A stretch of 60,335 nt of DNA, filler included, from Sphacelaria rigidula (taxonomy: Eukaryota): NCBI GenBank assembly GCA_964200075.2. It is 7 parts of 7 records of this genome, joined end to end, with 100 filler letters (N's around TTAATTAATTAA, not from the genome) between each part and the next. Parts side by side here need not be neighbours in the genome. Positions count along the whole stretch, not along the records: positions 17,271 to 25,804 come from CAXNAA020010863.1; positions 25,905 to 34,437 come from CAXNAA020010864.1; positions 34,538 to 43,070 come from CAXNAA020010865.1; 4 more parts are not named here. The stretch is one strand, 5' to 3'. Each line of letters opens with the position of its first letter. Position 1 is the stretch's first letter. Shown piece by piece: positions 24,405 through 36,019 of this stretch. The position numbers and the translations under genes were made by a program. The notes below the pieces were generated by a model. That model searched no databases and was not told the DNA's origin. It saw nothing but the letters and a program-made list of their open reading frames with translations.

Positions 24405-25620
24405 GACATGGGGTTCAATCAACAAAAAAATATGGGCCCAAACTTTTGAGCAGATGGGCACCGTCCCCTTGATTTGACGATTAATACGATATGCGGATCA
24501 CGGCCCAACTCGTCTGTGTCGATGAGGTATCGCTTTCGAAGCTTGAACCTGTTTTTAGGCTGGCCCAGCTCGTAGTACACTACAGGAACACCAATGTTAC
24601 TACTCTTGACTGTAACGCACTGTATGGTACACTTGCTGTGCTGTACAGTGAATAGTACTAATACTGTTGTACTGCTACTGCTCTCTGTATGAACTCACCG
24701 CGAAACCAGGTCGCCCTTGCACTTTATCATTCCACTTCAGCTTTCGTTGTAAGAAAGAGCCTCAGCAACCAGTACAACGCCGTGCTTCTTCGCGCATATT
24801 TTATTGTTGGGCAATAAACAAAAAAGGGTCGCGCATCTTTCGCTTTGGGGCGCGGCGCTGCACGCTGGCTGAACACCTCGAAAACACGTTCCAGCGCTCC
24901 AGCCCCACGCCCAAGGTCCCTGGGCAGCATATCCGACCATTTTTTTTACACTTTCACAAGTGTTGCTGGGCTGAGCTACCGCACCGAAAATGAGAGCCTG
25001 TACCCTTTTATGTAAGCAAAACAGTAGGGTACACCCTGCCCTCTGCTGAAAATTATATCTACCATTTTTCGGTATAGTGTTGTGAGTGATGCTACGGTAG
25101 GCGTGCACAAATATTTTCTGAGGTTAGAATTGTTAGGAGCCCTTCATCTGATGCAAAACACCACCTTTGTAAATATGTGAAAGTACGCCAGGATTACTTC
25201 TTTAATGTGCTGGTGATATCCCAAATGAAATTGCAAACGGGAATGCCCTGACCCATATTTTTGTGCATCTAAAATCGTTAGGAGCCCTTGAACCAGACAT
25301 AATTTCGCGAAAAAAGTGCACCCCTACCGTAGCATTGCTCTTGTCCCTTTTTCCGTCGAGTGGTGACCCTTTTTTGTGAAGTGGTGACCGTACCGCCGTC
25401 TCAGCGCAAGTTACGCCGAGCAGTCACAACAATAGCCATTTTCGATAAAACTACGGGCTGGGCCAGCCTAAAAATGGATTTGAGTCCTAAAAGCGACACT
25501 CAACGACACAGACGAGTTGGGCCGTGATCCGCATATCGTATTAATCTTCTGATCAAAGGGAAGGTGCCCATCTGCTCAAAAATCTGGGCCAATTTTTCCT
25601 CGTCGAGTAAACCCCACGTA
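24405..25620. mobile_element. About 170-bp inverted repeats (24405-24575 and 25451-25620) around a 0.9-kb spacer
   Basis: ttgagcagatgggcacc..attaatacgatatgcggatcacggcccaactcgtctgtgtcg..aggctggcccagc and its reverse complement are near-identical in the core. Confidence 0.85.
25095..25329. mobile_element. Tc1/mariner-type MITE with TA target
   Basis: TA|CGGTAGGcGTGCAC...GTGCACcCCTACCG|TA; the same terminus recurs near 33652-33668. Confidence 0.7.
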
Positions 25621-25753
25621 TATTCATCTTATACTTCCTCAGAAGTCATCTTTCTGAGCCCTCTCTGACAGTCCGAACACCTTTTCAAGGCATTGGAGAC
25701 TGGTCTTCCATTTAGGTCCATTTTGCGTCTGGCGGTGCCGGGCTTCCTATCGC

Positions 25754-25804
25754 CTTCATTATGGGAAGCGCCGTCCCTCAACGACGGCGCTCCCCATAAT
25801 GAAG
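25754..25804. repeat. 22-bp hairpin (21/22 paired, 7-nt loop) at contig end
   Basis: cttcattatgggaagcgccgtc-cctcaac-gacggcgctccccataatgaag. Confidence 0.9.
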
Positions 25805-25904
25805 NNNNNNNNNNNNNNNNNNNNNNNNNNNNNNNNNNNNNNNNNNNNTTAATTAATTAANNNNNNNNNNNNNNNNNNNNNNNNNNNNNNNNNNNNNNNN
25901 NNNN
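25805..25904. other. Artificial contig linker
   Basis: N44-TTAATTAATTAA-N44. Confidence 0.98.
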
Positions 25905-26026
25905 GTCAACACCATGACTATCGCAGTGATACTGAAACCCAAAACAATGCAAATTTCATGGACCCCCTTGTTTCAAGCAACCCCCCCCCCCCCCCCCCCC
26001 TATCGTAGGACGACTCAATATAAACG

Positions 26027-26460
26027 TGGAAAAATGCCTTTTTGGAGCTTCTAAGTCGGTTTACGCCCTGAAAGAGAGCTAGGCGGATTTTGACACCTTG
26101 GAATGACTCGCGGTACTGGTTGAGACGGGTCCAGCACATGTGTGCGTTTTTCCGGTGGCCGCAATCTCTTTCTTGCCTAGACTTGCATTTTCCTCGAAGA
26201 TCGCTTATTTTTCTCGGAGATTGCTCAAGTCCGCATAAATTCGCGAAGATTTTCTGCACTCAACGGGTCTCCGAGAAAAATGAGCGATCTCCGAGAAAAA
26301 TGAAAGCCTGGGCAAAAAAAACTGCGGCAACGGAAAAACGCACAGGTGTGTTGGTACCGTCTCAACGAGTACACAGCAAGGCATTCCAAGGTGTCAAAAT
26401 CCGCCTAGCTCTCTTTCAGGGCGTAAAACGACTTTGAAGCTCCAAAGAGGCACTTTTCCA
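26027..26460. mobile_element. Foldback MITE with about 190-bp arms
   Basis: tttacgccctgaaagagagctaggcggattttgacaccttggaatg is perfectly inverted near 26382-26427; similarity extends along both arms. Confidence 0.9.
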
Positions 26461-26732
26461 TAATTATATTTTTGTCTGCTATAATAAGGAGCAGCCTTAT
26501 GCCCGAGTGATTGTCCATGCCAAATTTAAGGTCCATCTCTAAGTGTTCAATTGCGAATGGACCTGCAAACTCCGAAAACCTGTCTGTACTCGGACTGCTG
26601 CCAGATGCAGGCCCCACTTTTACTGTCATTTCGTTCGTAATAATGTACGTACCTCTGTTTTAAACTCACCATACTAGAATTGGTATCAACACAGCCGGTG
26701 ACCGCAAACTTCGAATGAACCGGATAAAAGAC

Positions 26733-27100
26733 CGGTCGCCCCGGTGGCTCAGTTGGTAACCTCGTAACCTTCTTCTGATGGTTGAGTAGGGGGACTTGAT
26801 TCCCTGAGCGATCTGGAATCTTTTCTCACACCATGCCCAACAGTGGAGAGCGACTATGTCGTGGGTACACAAAATTCGACTTGACGGTCGACGAGGAAAA
26901 GGGACTGCGGAACCCCTCTCGCGATTAAAAAATAAACAAAAGCAAGCACCGCAGGAGGAAGGTGGGGTATTAAAAACAAATAAAAAAGAAAAAGCTCCTG
27001 TGTTGACCTTCCTCCTGTGTGCCCTCGGATGATGCGCCCACATATACCGAAAGGTGTAGACTGATGCCCAGAATAAATGGGAGGACAATACTGGAGTCCT
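26733..27100 (+). mobile_element. tRNA-derived SINE-like element
   Basis: Pol III A box TGGCTCAGTTGG (26745-26756), degenerate B box GACTTGATTCC (about 26793-26803), acceptor-stem-like ggtcgc/gcgatc, then a non-tRNA body with A-rich tracts. 3' end approximate. Confidence 0.6.
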
Positions 27101-27158
27101 CATCACCAGTTCCAGTCAAACTCCAGTTAGTTCTAGTTTAATCGCCAGTACAGACGGG

Positions 27159-27891
27159 TGTAATTCACAGCCTAAAGCCTCTGGCAGAAGATCTGGACAA
27201 AAGGGCTTTCAACGAGGGACTCCCAACACTATATTCGTGAGATTCAGAGGGTAGTTTCAGATTCAGAGTGAGACCCGAAACAATCGACTTTCCCGTCGAT
27301 TTTGACATCGCCACAGTTCGAGGAGTAATGCACCCAGCTGGTGAAGCGGTGGCTTCAACGAAAGCTGTCACCTACACGATCAATTTGACACAATCCTTGA
27401 TCGCAACGACGTAGTCAGTCCATTGCAACAGAAGACCCCCTCTTTCAGGAAAAACCGATTAGTGCCTAAAACAGTTTAAGTTCCGAAATGCCCCCCAGGC
27501 GTACAAATGCCCTGTGCGGTATCTCACCAACCAGACCGCCGAATTCCTCGAATGGGGTACTGTACGGCAGCTGCATGCACAGCACGTGTGCTCAAGCAAT
27601 TGAAAAGAAAAGGTTGCCTGTCAGGAACGCTAGAGCATCCACTCTGAATCTGAAACTACCCTCTGAATCTCACGAATGTAGTGTTTCCTCCAGTAGCACT
27701 GGCCTCGTGCTCGGCAAGTTCTTTCTTCTAACTTGTTAGTGTCGCGGAGTGATCCTCAACAGATCACGAGCCAGACAGCAAGGGGCCACACAGATAAGGG
27801 CCATCAATCCAGGATTCCCTGTCTTCTGCCACCGCTTCATTCATGCATGCGATTATACTGAAACCTTACGGCTTGTTATAATTTGGCTACA
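27159..27891 (-). repeat. 3' LTR (about 270 bp plus inserted 460-bp MITE)
   Basis: TG...CA termini (tgtaat...gctaca); PPT-like gaggggcgc adjacent on the minus strand; homologous to 34366-34437. Confidence 0.75.
27225..27685. mobile_element. MITE with about 46-bp TIRs carrying CACTA/TAGTG near the ends, inserted into the LTR
   Basis: aacactatattcgtgagattcagagggtagtttcagattcagagtg versus cactctgaatctgaaactaccctctgaatctcacgaatgtagtgtt (one mismatch); it splits the LTR motif gagggactc|ctccag. Confidence 0.85.
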
Positions 27892-27970
27892 GCGCCCCTC
27901 AAAACGAAATCAAGACAAACGAACGAGCTTGACAACCAACAAAAGTCAAGGTGAAATCGCATGCGCCAGA

Positions 27971-30900
27971 TCACAAAGAGATACCATACTCCGGCGCTAG
28001 TTTACTTGTGAGCGCCCGAGTCAACCGCAGTTTACGCAGTTCCTTCGTAACGAATGCAGACGTAGAAGAATGGATCTCGCGAAGAGACTCCCGCGTACAT
28101 TCTTCAGCACCGAACCCATCACATTCGACCAGAACAAAGACATCACCATCGCCGTCCTCAGCGACGGGCACTAAATCATTCATCCGACATCCACCTTGAG
28201 TATACGAATGCTGAAATATATTTTTCAATTCCGCAGTGATGTGCAACTGCGAGTCAGCATAGGAACGCAAACGAGCGACATGGGCCGAGTGTACGGCGCC
28301 AGAAACAATGTTCTGTACCGAATATACGTGAGCGTGATCGGCTCCGACTACTCGCCACGGACCTGTCCACGTGGACATCAACTTTGGCGTCATCCCTTGC
28401 CTGCGAACACGGGCATACAATACGAAATCTCCAACTGCAAACTTGGGCAACACAGCTTGGCCCTGAGCAAGCTTGCGTTTGGTTTTGTGAGAAACCGCTA
28501 CAGCAGCTTGCACTTCGTTACAAAACCGCACTTGCTCGTCAACCACGCCTCAAACCTTGTCACGCAACGTATCAGCATTCATGACATTTGCGTTCGACTC
28601 GCCGCCAGTGACAGAAGCCAGCGCGAAATACGCTGTACGCGGCGCACGCCCAAACATCACACAATACAGAGTGATACGGTAGCGTTCACGAAAAGAAGTA
28701 TTCAACGCCTACTGAGCGGCTGGCAGAACATCAACCCATTCAGACACCGGCCGTCTTTGTTCTGAAAAAATGGACTGCATCGCACGAATGACCTCTTCCA
28801 CGATGCGTTCACAAGCACCAGTCGACCAAGGGGTATACGCAACAGCAGATTGGTGTTGTACCTTGAGCGCGTCGCTCAGCTGCACGATTACTCGATTTCT
28901 TGAGAGCGTGGCGGTATCACTAACCCACACACGCGGCATCCCCAAAGTCTTGCACCAATGCACCAAGTGTTAAGCCGTGACCTCGACGGTGCAAGCCTCG
29001 GTCGGCTCCAACCAAACGAAATTGGACACATCATCCATGATAACCCAAACGTACCGAAAACCACCCTCATCAGGTAAACCATTAGCACCTTCAGGTCCGC
29101 TACTTCCGACGCATAGAAAATCAAAGTGAAGAACTTCACCTGGCTCAGTACCGTGCACAGTACCGCCGTACGGACGAGGTGCAATCGCACCAGCACGAGT
29201 GTCTACACATCGCAAACACTGGCGAACGAACTCGCGAACGTGGGAATCCATGTGAGGCCACACACAGTATTCTTTCTAACGAAACAGAGTCGGCACCACA
29301 CCACGGTGACCAGCCGACTGCACGTGAGCGCACACCATCAAGCGAGTTCGTAAAGCCTTATCATCCGACGGAATCCACAAAACATTACCACTGTCAACAC
29401 GCACGCAAAAGAAATCCTCGTCAGCCCTGACAGCTTGACCGAAAGTCGTAGGAAAAGAATGAACGGCGACGCCCATTGTTTTGCGCTGCGCGGTACGAAT
29501 GGCATCTAACGAGGGCAGCGAATCATCGGCATCACACGGGCTGTATACGGTAACAGAGCGAAGAGGCACGGTAGGAACCTTCACCCAGCGAGACAACAAA
29601 TCTCCCCGACAATTGCGCTCTCTAGGAAACCATACCGATATTGGCCGAGCACACCTTTCCTATTTTCAAGCCGTTACGCCATGGCCTCCGTCACCGATGT
29701 GACACACTTATTCAGAGGTAAAAATGTGTTTCAGATTGCGATGATCGGTTAAAATGCAAACACCATCCACAGCAAGTACTCTAGCCTTCGAAATGCATTG
29801 ACTATCGCGAAACCTTCTTTGTCCACTGTCGCCCACCGCAACTGTGAACTCTCGAAGCCACCACTCAAAAAAGCCAACGGTTCGTGTGACATGTTTTTGG
29901 GCGCAATGCAACTAATAAACTCAATGACAGGCAATTGCGTTGAAAACTACCCCAATGGAAATCCGAAGCATTCGGAAACATCTGAAGAACGCACCCTGCA
30001 CGAGGGTGATACAGCGGCATCGCGTGCGCCACCAAATCTTGCGCAACACGCCATGCCCGCACACGATCCTTCGTCCAAGCGTCCTCCGAGATGATACGAT
30101 TACGCGCCACCCGCTTGGTCTGACGCGGAGCCCCTACCATATGTTGTTCCAAAAACACACGAAGCATCGCCACAACTTCCGCCATGCGCGGGAGCGAAGT
30201 CCGCAACCAATTCACCGCCTGCAGAAACTGCATCAGCTCACTAGCGTGTCGAGGACGTCGTATATTACTCAAACCTTGGATGCGAGTGGGATCATGCGAA
30301 ACAGTATCCTTGGAGGACACCTCACCACACCAAACCACTTCGCGGGCAAAAATGGTGCACGTATGCGGTTAGGGTTAGGCCAAACCACGAACAGACAAAC
30401 ACTCTCCAGGCGACCAAGAATTTCGTCAAGCGAAGCTCACAATGCACCCTTCGGTTTCAGCAAATAGAAAACGTCATCCACCCACACGTTACAGCTTGGA
30501 CCTCGCAAAAGGTCAGTCAGCACAGCTTGGAAATACGCCGTGGCGTTCAATCCACACGCCCTGCGAGACACGAGTAGGCGTAAACAAACCGTCAGGCGTG
30601 GCGATCGTGAAGATCCCCTGAGCCTCCGGCGCCAGAGGCATCTACCAATACCCCGGGAGCAGGTCCAACTTGCCGAAGCAGTATTGGGCTCATAGCAACT
30701 CCGCAGGTCTTCTTGGCTTTATCATCACCCCCGGAGACTGTTCCATCTGCGCGTTCACGGCCTGGTAGTCGCTGACCAAACGGAATGTGTCACGCTTCGG
30801 CACCGCCATCGCCGGATTCGCCCACACATCCTGAATGTTCCTGGCCAACAAACCAAATACCACCAAAGCTGCGATGCATGAAGCAGGCCATTCGGTCACC

Positions 30901-32900
30901 ACCGGATCGTAACGGGAAGGCTTGGTCTCTACAGCCTTCGCCTTTGGCTTGAGCTGCCCCCTCATTGGCTCCACGCGCGCTGGCGGATCACCATTCATCG
31001 CACGACGAAATGTATCCACGCGACGTGTCGGAATATCACGCAGACGATATGCGCCATCGGCGCTCAGGCCCTTCTGCTCGGCCTGCTGCACGCTATCCTC
31101 TAGCGCCCGTTCTCTGGCACCTCTCTCCTCCGCAGGGTTCATGAACATGTCGGGCCCCGGATCGACCAAGCGCTCCACCGCTTCATCCGAAGGAGCCTTC
31201 TCCTCGTTGACTCTCTGGAACGACCCTATGGATACAGTGACACGCCTCGCAGCAAAATAGCCGGGATTTCCCACATCGGTTTGCGCTGGCACAGCACGCA
31301 GGCGTAACTTACCCAACGCCAGCAGGTACAAATCAGTCCCGAGCTCCTTCATCGTCACCATCCCAAACAGAACCACGTTGTCCCTGCTGGGCATGACAGC
31401 GGACGTGATGGACTGCAACTTCACAGCCCCCCATGGCGTACGCACGCTAACAGCAATCGGCACCGTTTTATGAGTAACCGTCATGGGAGTACCGGTGGCG
31501 GTCTGCGCCGCTTGTGGTCCATTTTCGAATGGAATCTGCAGCTTCGCGCCGCTAAGCTGCAAAGACATTTGTTCCAGCAGCCCCACACCGATCGACGTGA
31601 GCGCGGACCCAGAATCCAGAAACACGCGAGCCATGAACGAACCTATGGAACCAGGCAAGGAAAGATCTGCGCGTGAACACGGTGCGTTGCGATCCACAGG
31701 CACCACATCTGCCGAAACACCCTGGTCGGTACCAAGAGGCACCTGACGCCAGGGCTGCGCTCCAGTACTTGGCATCGATAATTGAGAATCGGCTGTCCAC
31801 CCAGACCACGTCGCCGAATATGCAGACGGCGCCTTCTGCATATGTGAGTACGTTTCTGACATACGTCTTGACTTCCGGAGGCGAAATCCCGTCCATCAAA
31901 GCTGTGAAAATTGACCCTGCCGGGCCTGGCAACCAGCTCCCGTCCTCCGCACGTGCATGGCTTATACCGTGAGATTATTACCGAAAGCCTCTTCTATCGA
32001 TAAGTCAACCATCATCGCACGATCCGTGACGGATGTTCCCCCGCTTTGCTGCATTGTAAGCACTCTACGCAGTCTGCGGCAGCCCGCGCAGTATCATGTT
32101 TGCCGCCGGTTGTGTGCTGTATCCGGCATGCTGCTTCACAGCATCTAGCAATCCCTCGGGGGTCATAGCCGACGACCCTTGTACATGCCTTCAAAGCACC
32201 GATGAATATATATTGTGATGAGTTGCCCAATGCTCACCCTTGCATGCCGTACAACCCCTTGTGCATTTTTTAGGTACGAACGCTCTTCGCAATCGATATA
32301 CACGGCCTAAAAAACGCGTGATGCTCCCTCGGTCCATACCTCGCCATACTTTGGCGGGTTTAGCGGCTCACGCGCAACCGGCAACGCTGCCCTCGCTTGA
32401 GCCATGTCGTCTAGGACTCAAACACTTCACAGAGAAACTCTTGCCTGACTTGTGCGTCCTCGAGCCCACGGAGCGTCCTCAACCGCTGTGCGCTTCAAGT
32501 TGGTCTTGTTAAGTGGTTGATAACAGAGCACTCTTGTTCCTCGTGGAACATTTATCGCCCCAGCTTGTAATGCATGACCTAATCACATCGTAATTCTGGA
32601 AAGCTACTGTACTGCGGTGGTCACGTAGCGGGTGTGTGCTCCAGATTACAGCATGGAGGCACTCTTATGCGCCACGCTAGCAACAGTCCGGTCACCACCG
32701 TAGGCATCTTGTTTCACTCCGTATATCAAGAAGGTCTCTACAAGTGTTTGATCTCTCATACACCCCCCCAACTGGCGTGTGGCACGCTCTTGTCGCGCAC
32801 CCAGAGTGTCACGTGTCGGGTAAAATCATCGATGAGTAACACCTCTCGAATTCCAACTGGATGTGTTATCGCCGCAGCACCGTCCTTGCTGGCATGTGTG
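27971..32900 (-). pseudogene. gag-pol pseudogene of contig-4 gypsy element
   Basis: Protease FLDSGS; RT FRLVSDYQAVN, VWVDDV; RNase H EPLAFLSGGF..WATVDKEGFAIV, LTDHRNL; integrase HVQSAGH..CLRC, LHFDFL, WVSD, AYTPWSTGACER; chromodomain-like C-terminus. Many frameshifts. Confidence 0.92.
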
Positions 32901-33522
32901 TGACAGAGAACAGTAGCGATGACGGGAACATCGCCCTGTTTCAACGACGTGTTCTGTAGCGCACAGAGGCGCGTTCTGTCCAAAAAGAGAGGCAGAGAGG
33001 AATCGATCTTTGTATTGGTGAGCCCCACAGACAAGAAGAGACATCCCTCCTCACCTCGATGTTCTTTGGGGGGCTGTGCAACAATGTAATAACATGCCAA
33101 CCGGCACATGAGAAATTGGGTACATGCTGGTAACGTGCATGATGCCAGTCTCTCGAGCGATTGGTAATCGCCAAAGAAGGACACACAAAGGACACGGGCG
33201 AGGAGATTCTTCTCTGCCGTTGCGTCTCTCCCTGGTGATATCGTCATCGACACGCGTGTACACCGCATTCGTTCGGTGCACCTGGCCACAACTGCTCAAC
33301 TGCTGCAAACATTCGGGGGGGAAGATGGTTTCGCTCGGTGTAACTGGTTCGCGTCATCCCTGCAAAAAAAATATTCCACCTGCACCTCATTTTAGAAATC
33401 AACCCCAAAAAATAGAATCCGCCGTTAAATAATCCCAAGCCGACTTACAGCTCTTTACAGGTGTGAGGAGAAAGGCAGAAAGAAGAAAGTATTGACTAAA
33501 GAAAAAATCAGCCTTCCGAGGA

Positions 33523-33551
33523 GCGGGGTTGGGGTTGGGGTTGGGGTGGGT
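33523..33551 (+). repeat. (GGGGTT)n telomere-like tract with G-quadruplex potential
   Basis: ggggttggggttggggttggggtggg. Confidence 0.8.
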
Positions 33552-34073
33552 GTATGAAGGCTTGCGGTATTTTTTCTCGTGCACCCCCGTATGAGCTATT
33601 GATTGTTCTACGAACATGTTTCACCCCTTCGGTTACTACTACGGAGAGATTCTACGGTAGGGGTGCACTTTTTTGTCCAAACGTCTTCTGAGGCTGCACA
33701 CCAAGACCCATATTTTTGTCAGACACTCGGACAGTGCAGAGCCTCAGAAGGAAAATGTGCGCCCCTGTCATATAACCACTCCTTTACAATCTTCGGTACT
33801 TGTTGCTTCTCAGTCAGCTCAACCGTAACTGGTTATGCCGCTAACTTGAGAATGTGTCGTGGGACGATTCATAGAATCGGTTGCCTATAAATCGTCACAG
33901 TCCGGAACAGTCATTTCTCAAAGCCCAACACGCCCTTCGAAATGACAGTCCGAATATATATTCCAAGAGTGGTTCACTCATTTTTATCCAACAACATACA
34001 ATCCTCTGCTTATACTTTACTGTACTGTACTTTTTTTTGCTGTACTTGGTTGTACCTCACTATACTGTGCGAG

Positions 34074-34365
34074 CTGAGCTAGCCTAGAGGCGGATTTGGA
34101 GTTTGCAGGCCCATGCTCTTTTATACAGTTAGAGTTGTACCCTGAAATTTGGTATTGACAATGCATAGGACATAAATAAAGAAAAAGTCGGTACCAAAAG
34201 TTATTTTTTCATGAGTTAAGGGTATTTTACTCATACCAGAAAACTGATTATTACCCTGAATTCATGAAAAAAAATGGTACCGAGTGAAAAACATTTCATG
34301 CCCTATTCATTGTCCATACCAAATTTCAGGGTCCAACTCTAAATGTATAAAAAAGCATGGGCCTT
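34074..34365. mobile_element. Foldback MITE family A (related: 23930-24050, 26495-26575, 58997-59310)
   Basis: ggcccatgct..ttagagttg.accctgaaatttggta..gacaatg.atagg is inverted at 34300-34363; GCTG(G/A)GC(C/T)AGCCTA terminus. Confidence 0.85.
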
Positions 34366-34437
34366 ATAGCCTCTGCCAGACGATCTGGACAAGAGGGCTA
34401 TTCAGTGAGGGACTTCTCCAGAATCCACTGGCCTCAC

Positions 34438-34537
34438 NNNNNNNNNNNNNNNNNNNNNNNNNNNNNNNNNNNNNNNNNNNNTTAATTAATTAANNNNNNN
34501 NNNNNNNNNNNNNNNNNNNNNNNNNNNNNNNNNNNNN
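34438..34537. other. Artificial contig linker
   Basis: N44-TTAATTAATTAA-N44. Confidence 0.98.
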
Positions 34538-35683
34538 ATGAGTTGCTTTATTCTGTGGTAGTGCCACTTCCAGAGACAGCCACAGCTTTTACACTGCCTC
34601 ATGGGTGTCTAACCAGATGTCAAGGGGAGGGGGGGGGGGGAAGGGGGTACCCACAGAGCAGTCCGAAACGCTCACCAAGTCAACCATGTGTGTTTGAAAC
34701 TTTCCCGTGGAAAATTCTAAGCCAGGGACGAGACCCGAGAGGCGGGAAATGACGAGTCTGGTCAATCACGGCCGTCAAGATGAGCACGCACGTAGTTCCC
34801 CTACAGGTGGTCTACAGGTGGACTACTTCGCTGTCTACCGACATATCTCATTTTCGTCATTGCAATTCAAGCATAGATTACGTGGATACAAATACGTTGT
34901 GTTGTTCTCTACTCGAGGTCTGTGCCGCCTATCTGACGCCTCATGTGTTGCCAGCATAGCTTCACACTGTCTGTAGTGTTGTTGAACACTGAGCAGAGGC
35001 ATCAGCAACATGCAGTAAATTGTGTTCATCAGATGGCGATGGCACGTTGTATCCAGCGGAGACATACCGTACACATACTGACTCTGTACGCTATCGACTG
35101 CACCGTCACAACCGGCCAGTGGTTCTCCGGAATTATCTCCTGTATGGATGCCTAGCATCCACATGCTACTGAAAAAAGGCTTTTTGTGTAGCGGGGAAAG
35201 AGCTGTTGACACGGGAGGTTTTTTGGGGGGGCCGACAAGGTCAAAAGTTGGGGCGAAAAGTGCAAAAACGATTCTCTGGAAATGTTGTTTCTTCACCTGT
35301 CGGATAGTCGCCGGAGGTTCCGGAGGTAGTCATTTAAAGGTTTCCGTGAGAGGACATCGTTTGTATTTCTGCGATCCGACCGAATCGCACAGATGAAAAA
35401 CGTCCGTTGCATCCACGTGACAATCATTTTTGATGGTGAACGCGGATTATTTTGTAGATTTTGTATTCTTTTGTAACTCGCCGTTTGATCTGCTCGGGAC
35501 ATTGTGGGGCCCATGAAAAGTACTGGAGGTTCTGAAATCACGCATGTACATAAAAAAGATAGTGTAAACTTAGATTCTGCTCAATATTTGGATATATTTA
35601 AACCCAACGTGCTACTATCAATCCGCTTACGATACATGGCGGTCCGCAGGGATACCCCGGAATAGTTTTTGCTTTTTTCGGTC

Positions 35684-35945
35684 TGTGACGGCAGCCAGAA
35701 AAAGAACTGCTGGATCGCTGCTGTTGGAGGGACACCCCAGTCGCATTGGCCTCAGTTGCAGTTGTCAGCCTTTACAATATTTCATTATCCGAAGTGCTCT
35801 TGCAGGCACAGAACCCGCCGAGGTATCATCCCCGTGTCCCCTCTCATTATCCAGAATCCTTCCAGAATCCCCCAGAATCCCCGTGTCCTAGGTTATTATC
35901 CAGATCATCACTACTAACTTAACGTAACGGCGTAATTACGTCACA
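35684..35945 (-). repeat. 3' LTR (262 bp)
   Basis: tgtgacggcagcc...taattacgtcaca; aligns end to end with 40548-40816. Confidence 0.95.
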
Positions 35946-36019
35946 GCATCCCCAAAGCGCGTTGGACGAAAATCGAGCGACAAGCTTGACTCATAAAAAC
36001 GCCGAAACGAATAGCAAGT

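Larger units (their letters stand above)
27159..34437 (-). mobile_element. Ty3/gypsy chromodomain-bearing LTR retrotransposon, degenerate, with nested MITEs
   Basis: gag-PR-RT-RH-IN-chromo order; 3' LTR 27159-27891; a same-orientation LTR fragment at 34366-34437 is the probable 5' LTR, cut by the contig end. Confidence 0.85.

Noticed and set aside
26733-26815. Functional tRNA gene
   Set aside because: The B box lacks TTCG, there is no convincing anticodon stem-loop, and a long body follows; SINE head is the better reading.
30690-31862. Longest ORF (390 aa) as a host gene
   Set aside because: It is the protease and RT N-terminal piece of a frameshifted gypsy pol.
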